DNA of 23,603 bases from Chlorokybus atmophyticus (lineage: Eukaryota > Plantae > Mesostigma and Chlorokybus algae). The stretch covers positions 1 through 23,603 of the forward strand of contig RHPI01002264.1 of the NCBI GenBank assembly GCA_009103225.1. The letters are read 5' to 3'. This document shows positions 17,006 through 23,603 of this stretch, one piece after another (the first letter of the stretch is position 1; each line of letters starts with the position of its first letter). A program made the position numbers and the translations under genes. Below the pieces are notes generated by a model. The model saw only the letters and a list, made by a program, of their open reading frames with translations, did not search any database and was not told where the DNA came from.

Positions 17006-19512
17006 TCATTCTTGCTTGACTACTCCTTGTCCTTCTCCACTCTGCTGCTCTTTCTGCGCGTCCTGTCCGTCCTCCGCGCCGCCGGGGAGCTCGGCCACCT
17101 GCACGTCCGTGAGCAACTCCGCAATCTTACCGACGGGATCCACACTTGATGGCGACGAGGGGGTCTCGGCGGCAGCCTCGAGCAGCGGCTCAGTGGCGGG
17201 GGCCACTTTGGTGCCTGCCTTGGGTGGCGTGGGGTCGGGGCCACGCGTGAGAGCCTGGTTGGCGAGGTCGGTGTCATCAAGGGGGCGAGCAAGGAGGGTG
17301 TGGCGTAGGCGTCGGCGCCACACCTCGTCGAAGCGGCACGCGTCGAGGTACTTTTCGAGGGAGCCATACTTCTTGCGTACATAGGCGAGGGTGCGTCGCA
17401 TGACGTGCTCGGGCGCGCCGACGAATGCAGTCGTGTCAAGTCCTCGCACGGGGGGCGCGGCGCCATGGGGCCCATGCATGTTAAAGGCAACATCGGCGGC
17501 GTTGGAGAGCGTGTAGTCCATGAGGATCTCCTCATCGGAGGCGCCGCAGCAGGCAAGGACGAGCATGGCGACGAGGCCCGTGCGGTCCTTGCCGGCCTTG
17601 CAAAAGAAGAGGACGGGGCGGTTGCGCGATGCCGCGACGGTGATGACGCGCAGCACCGCGCACACCTCCGCCTTGGCCGTGTCCAGAATCACCTCGTACA
17701 TCATCGCCAGCCCACCGCGGTTCACGGACGCGATGGCCATGTCCGCCGCATAAGCCGGAGACAGCGGGTACCACAGCAGCGTGTACGCCGTCCGCAACGC
17801 ACCCATGCGCTTCAGCACCCCCTGTCACGCACACACCAACCCAATCACGCACGAGCACGTACACATGCACAACGATACACGCAGAACAACTGCACGCATG
17901 CCCACACGCCCGCACACGGACAGCCACATATGAAGCGAGCAGAGCAACAAGCTACTCAGCTGCTCACCACGCCGTATGCGCGCGTCCTCAGCAGCGACAC
18001 GCAGTGCCGTCCGCGCTTCACTTCCGCTGAGGCCACCGCCGTGGCCGCCTCTGCCGTCTTCACCCCTTCCGCCTCCGCCTCCGCCTCAGCTTGGCGCTCC
18101 GCCTCAGTCTCAGCTTCCGCGGCCTCGGCCTCGGTCTCAGAGTCTGATCCCGACTCCGAACCCACACGTGGCCCAGCAGTCACCGCTGCGCCATTTTGCT
18201 GCTCTTCGTCTCCATGGGCCTCTGGCTGGTGTTCATCCTTCTGCGCCTCCTTGCTCGCAGTGGGCGCGGCCTCGGGCTCGGGCACGGGTAGAGGCTCTTC
18301 TGGAGGAGCCGTGTAAGCTTTGCCTCTGTGTAAGCGCGTGTGTATTGGCAACATTGACCCCATCCAAACATATGTGCCGTCAGAAGCAGGACGAACACTG
18401 GTTGCAAGCGCAGTCGCGCATTCACCTTGCGTAGTAGTACGTTGTGAAGCCCTTGTACAGCTCCATTGACTTGGTCTTTGTGTCCTCCTACAGCAACGAG
18501 GGCAATATGTGCATGCACCACACAACTTCTAATACTTGATGTTCTTGGCTGGCTAATAAGCATTGCTGCACCATGCATGAGGCGCAACAGGGATGGTACA
18601 GCACGCAGCTGACGCCAATTGTGGTGCAATGAGATTGGAAACCCACTTCGACAGCACCATGCACACATAAGCTGGTCGCAGATTGAGTGTTGGATGTGCT
18701 CATTGCAACATGCAACAACGCAAACGTTGTGCAATCCCGATGCCATGCATTGTGCACACGTTTCTCGCATTGAAGTGAACTCAACGAGTCAATGTATGCA
18801 TGAAAGGCTGGATGTGTCAACAATTGTACTTTTTGATGGCAACAGAAGTTCAGCAAGAGAAGACACGGCTGCTCCTGCTAGAGCAAAGCGGGCAACTAGC
18901 CGCATGTTATCACCACCACCACTACTACCGACATCACCAACGCCACCAACATTCCCATGCATGAATACGGAGCAAGTTGCAGCTGCTGACAGGGCATGCA
19001 CCTGTGTGCTATGTGCGAACCTGGAGCTCCATGGGAACGCGGAGGTCGACGAGCTCGCAAATGCGAATGCGACCGAGAAGATACTCCACGTCGGAGGTGG
19101 AGGCGTCGCTCGGACATGCAGAACGAAACACAAGACCCGGCTTCATGCGGCCATCGCTCATGGCAGCCACGTCACGCAGGTTCTCCACCCTCTCAAGCCC
19201 CTCCGACCGGTCCAGACTCATGTACTTCTCCGGCAACATCCGTCCCATCTCCGCCTGGGCCTGCTTCTGCTGCTCCGCCTTGTCCTCCGCAGCAGGCTCC
19301 TGGTTGTTGGCATGGGTGGGCGGGCCAGGGGCGTCCGCCGGCTTGTCGGCGACAGCGGACGGCCCCGATTCGACGGCGTCGTCGGCCATCGGCGGCAACG
19401 ACGAAGAGATTCTCCTCGCCAATGCCACCGCCTCCGCCGCCGCCTCTGTCCGGCGCCCGCCTGGTGCCACGTGGCGTACGCCCAGCAGCACTGCCCTGAT
19501 GCGCCACATCAC
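17006..19512 (-). CDS. Tyrosine phosphatase family protein (Y_phosphatase3-like); 4 exons, about 575 aa
   Basis: Exons 19512-19021, 18487-18426, 18325-17968, 17821-17006; GT-AG and phase-consistent, total 1728 nt. Motifs VENLRDV, GLVFRSACP, LVDLR, CX5R active site FCKAGKDRTG, ILMDYTLS. The start codon is uncertain. Confidence 0.85.
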
Positions 19513-19838
19513 ATCTGGTTCAATCGATCTGGAACGACTGGAATGATGACTATGGCATCTGTTATCGATTATGGTATCCTGTCCACAACGCCGTTTACGC
19601 GTCGGCGGTCGAGATATCAGGACCAGCTGCCCGGTTCGGCCAAACCTGTTCGAGCAGGGCCGGAACCCTAACCCTTATTCAAAGGCTAACCCTTTGAGTT
19701 GCCACGTGGCAGGCATGAAGGGCGCGGGGGGCGGGCGGCGGCGGCGGCGGTGGCAGCGGCGTGAGAGGCGGCGTAGGAGGTAAAGGAGGCCTGCTTGAGG
19801 GAGGAGGCGGAGCATCAAGGCCATCTAGGTTCTGCGTG

Positions 19839-21267
19839 ATGCCAGCGGCGGCGTCCGGGCGCTCGGGGGAGTGGTGGTGGTGGCGGTGGTGGGTGGCGCT
19901 GATGGGGCTGGCAGCATGGGCGGCGGCGCTGGCCGGGGGGGCGGCAAAGAAATGGTCACTGGGGTTCATGTCGAGGCGCCTCGCAGACGTCATCGCCGCC
20001 GCCAACCCCAGCCTCTCGGCAGAGCAGCGCACGCGCCTGGCCGCCATGCTGTCGGGCGCCCTCTCGCACATCATCTACGGCACAGGAGGCGCCGGCATCG
20101 ACTGGCCTCTGCTCCGCGAGCGCCTCGCCGCCATCGTAGCCCTCGCCTGCCCCCACAGGTAGTTCTCACCTTGTTGTTGCTGTCATCCTCATTGACGTCT
20201 TGTCTGGGCTGGGGTTGTTGGAGACTGCACGTGTCCTTGTATCTTTGCTGAAAGGAGCCAGCAATGCTTGCGTAGCAACATGCTGTAACAAGAACACAAA
20301 GACAGATCTGTGCATGCATGCATGCGCGCACATATGCACACGTTCATGCATGTGTGTACACACACGCACCGGCACACATGCGCCAACGCACGCGCAGGCA
20401 CACACATTGGACAAACACATGCCCATGCACATGTGCGTTGCCAATTGGCAAGCTTGAGCTTCACACGCACGCATGCGATGTCACGCAGGGACACAGCTGA
20501 CTTGTTGACGGCGCTGCTTGATGCTGTCGCCGCTTGGGACGCGCACGCACCCTCCGCCCCGCCCATGCCCCCGCCCGCATTCGAGCGGCCACCAACCGCA
20601 GCAGAACCCACCGCCCCGCCAGGTGAGAATACAACATGTGCGAGTGGGGAATGCGTGTAGCGCTCGACACGTGTAACACACATGGCATGCAGATTGGTGG
20701 GAGACAGGAGGAGGTGGTGGTGGTGGTGTGGACGCGGACATGGCGTCAAAGTTGGTGCGTCGGCACGGCGTGAAGCCCGCATATGCGGCGCGCATGCCAC
20801 GGGCGGTGGCTCAGGCGGTGGCTCAGGCGCTGCGTGAGGCGGAGGCGGACCCCGAGTGCGGCCGCTGCCCCATCACGCTCGAGCAGCTCGTGCGCCTCAA
20901 CGCCACACTGAGACCAGATGTTGTCGCCCTTCTCCAGCCCGCTACCAGGACTCAACCCCCGCACGCGGTACAGCCATGCATGCGCACAAACCTATGCTCA
21001 CACACACGCATGCAGCCATGTACGCGCGCATGCGCATAACCAGGCAGACCTGTACATGCATACACGCCGCACGTGCGTACGTGGGCGCGTACGCACGCAC
21101 GCTCGCTCATGCAATTCTATGCAGCTAATCACCGCCTTCCATCATGTGCCGCGCAGTTTTTGTACAGAGGATCCGCGTTGAGAGAGTGGCTGGCAGCGTC
21201 GCCGCAGCCAACAAACCCGCAGACCCGCTCACAAGTGCATGCGGACGACCTTTTCCCGCTCACATGA
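19839..21267 (+). CDS. Small protein with hydrophobic Trp-rich N-terminus and C-terminal U-box/RING-like domain; 4 exons, about 274 aa
   Basis: Exons 19839-20158, 20489-20622, 20708-20967, 21157-21267; GT-AG and phase-consistent, total 825 nt. CPITLEQL...HA|FLYRGSALREWL...TNPQTR resembles the U-box consensus CPIT...Y.R.AI..WL...P.T. Confidence 0.65.
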
Positions 21268-22884
21268 CATCCTTGGAAGATATTTCGTCCCCCTCGTGTA
21301 CAGGCCTGTCCTGTGGGTGTGCTGCGCATCACGCAGCAGGTCCACCATTTGTACAGAGTAGTGCACTATTTGTGCAGTTGTTGACTGTACATTCAGAGAC
21401 TAGTGCATCATCATGCACGCTCTACGGGCGACAACACCTGCCGGTGAAGCAGGTGTTGCACTTAGTATACACCTTAGGTGTGGGCTGTCCAAAGAGAGGT
21501 TTTGTTTGTGTGCACGCGTGCTCAGTGCATATGTACAAAAGATCTAATGCCTCATATGTGGTGTTAAAAAGGGGTGTGCCGCTATGCCGGCATGCATGGT
21601 GTGCTGAGACATGCAAGTGACATGCACGCTTACGCTCATCGTTAGCCACATTCAATGCACCCGGCTGATCCTTTCTGAGCTACGTCAATTCTAGCCTGCC
21701 CCGTTGGTCATACAGTCAGCAAGTGCGCATTTCTAATGCTGCTACCATGTGGAGGTGTTGGCGAATGGTGTTCGCATGCATACAGACTGCTCAGTGGACT
21801 TGCTCGCTGAGGTTGTCATCAATGCTTAAAACCTGACTAGAAATCGTAGTGTGCGAGTGATGAGGCCAGCAGTCAAGTGGGCTTCAACAAAAAGAAGTGG
21901 TCAAGCTTCCTCATTATTGTCATGGTGCATGCAATAAGCGACGCCAGATGTAAGCTCATTGCTGCTTTGACAACAAGTGGCTTGTTCATGTTGCAATAGA
22001 TACCATGTTGGTCGCTTCTGCGAAGATGTCGATGGTGATCTTATGTACAGCACAAGGTGCAAGGACATGTATCGTTACATGTTGAATAGCGGTTGTGTTT
22101 CAAACACGACTTGTATCAAGAACACTTTACCACTTATGTGTGCAACTGCTTTTACTGTAATTGTTTTAAGACATCACAATGCACAACCAATGCTTGTGTT
22201 GGTTGGCGTGTGCGCTAGCACCGCACTGCTATTACTAGTCCCTATTATATATAACCTAGTACCCATATATGTACTACTCCATTTGAGGTAAACATCAAGC
22301 ACATGATGCGCATCGTGCTACTTATACGGCATGCGTTGAGCTTATGATGTGTTGGCTATATTTGCATGTAAAGGCTCCGCGCTGACACATCATAAAAATG
22401 TTGCACCTTAGGTCATTGATAATAAGCAATTGTGACCACAGCGATACCTTTCAAAAGATAGCTTTTGCGGCAGCTCAAGTGCCGCGCACCTACGTGCACT
22501 TATCTGCACACAACTTCGGTAGCAGCATAGGGGCATGCATCAGGCACCTGCAAATAGCACACGCCATATATGTATGTGTATGTATGTATGTATATGTATA
22601 TATATATGGATAAAAGCATGGACAGGCGGCGGGTAGAACGAGACCAAGTGGAGGCTATACTATAACTGCACAGCTATAGCCGTTTGGGTGCTATTGTGGG
22701 GTGCAAGGGCGGAGAATATGGCTTTGCACAAGCTATGGAGAAGGCCTGCGTCCTGCTGTCGGACAGAGTAGAGCAGATTCACCTTTCCAAGTTAGGGAGC
22801 AGGCAACGAGGCAGTGTATGTGAACTTGCATGCAACATAGCACGCTTGCGACAACATGTGCCAAGAGAGAATTAAGATTATCAT

Positions 22885-23572
22885 TATATACATATACATA
22901 TGTATACAAATATACATATGTATATGTATACAAACATACATATGTATACATATATATGTATACATATGTATATACATGTATATACTTATGTATATATATG
23001 TATATAGAGAATAACGGTTATCGTTACATATATATCTACTCATGTACATATATATGTATATATATACATATACATATATATACATACATGTATGTATGTA
23101 CATATACATATACATATATACACGTATGTATATATACACATAAATATGCATATGTATATATACAACCATGTATATATACATATACATATATATACATACA
23201 TGTGTATGTATGTACATATACATTTATACACGTATATATATACATATACATATATATACATAAATACGTATATGTATATATACATATACATATATATACA
23301 AACATGTGTATGTATGTACATATACATATACATATATACACGTATGTATATTTACACATACATACGTATATGTATATGTGTATATATACATATATGTCTA
23401 TATATACATATATGTATATATGTATGTATGTATATGTATATAAATATATATATAAGTATATATGTATATACATATGTGTATACATAAGTATATGTGTATA
23501 TATACATATATATGTATATCTGTACATATCTGTATATATGTATATGTATATATGTATGCATAAGTATATGTG

Positions 23573-23603
<31 letters not shown>
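22885..23603. repeat. Compound (TA)/(TACA)/(TATG) microsatellite, running off the window end
   Basis: Almost entirely alternating purine-pyrimidine TA/CA/TG. A smaller tract of the same type lies at 22566-22608. Confidence 0.95.

Noticed and set aside
16647-19671. Long + strand ORFs (245, 303 and 350 aa)
   Set aside because: Antisense shadows of the phosphatase exons and introns.
21300-22880. Possible further gene or exons (ORFs 21977-22291, 22398-22613, 22684-22875)
   Set aside because: No recognisable motifs, and I could not build a consistent splice model. Left unannotated rather than excluded.
22733-23581. Tyr/Ile/Met/His-rich ORFs
   Set aside because: Translations of the microsatellite.

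Overview
Eukaryotic, GC-rich, intron-containing DNA, most likely from a green-lineage alga (inferred from gene content). Positions 675-12448 are one Ty3/Gypsy-type retrotransposon on the minus strand with a 4-bp target-site duplication (GCAT). It encodes, in a single reading frame, Gag (two zinc knuckles plus a long extension), aspartic protease, a C5 cytosine DNA methyltransferase, RT, RNase H, DDE integrase and a C-terminal PHD finger. The frame is broken by two in-frame stops and by a 91-bp duplication at an N that looks like an assembly artifact. The termini are not ordinary LTRs. In transcription order they read B-[ORFs]-A-B-A-B-A, a split-direct-repeat layout. The integrated ends correspond to an internal palindromic junction (GGCATGACA-GC-TGTCGTGCC), and a 13-bp direct repeat links the PPT-side and PBS-side ends. 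No tRNA PBS is evident; instead a 15-bp match between the predicted transcript 5' end and the PBS position suggests Tf1-like self-priming. To the right are three host genes for which I could build frame-consistent exon models: a FaMeT-like/BTB/BACK/F5-8C protein (+), a tyrosine-phosphatase-family protein (-) and a small hydrophobic-N-terminus U-box-like protein (+). The window ends in a compound TA/CA/TG microsatellite.
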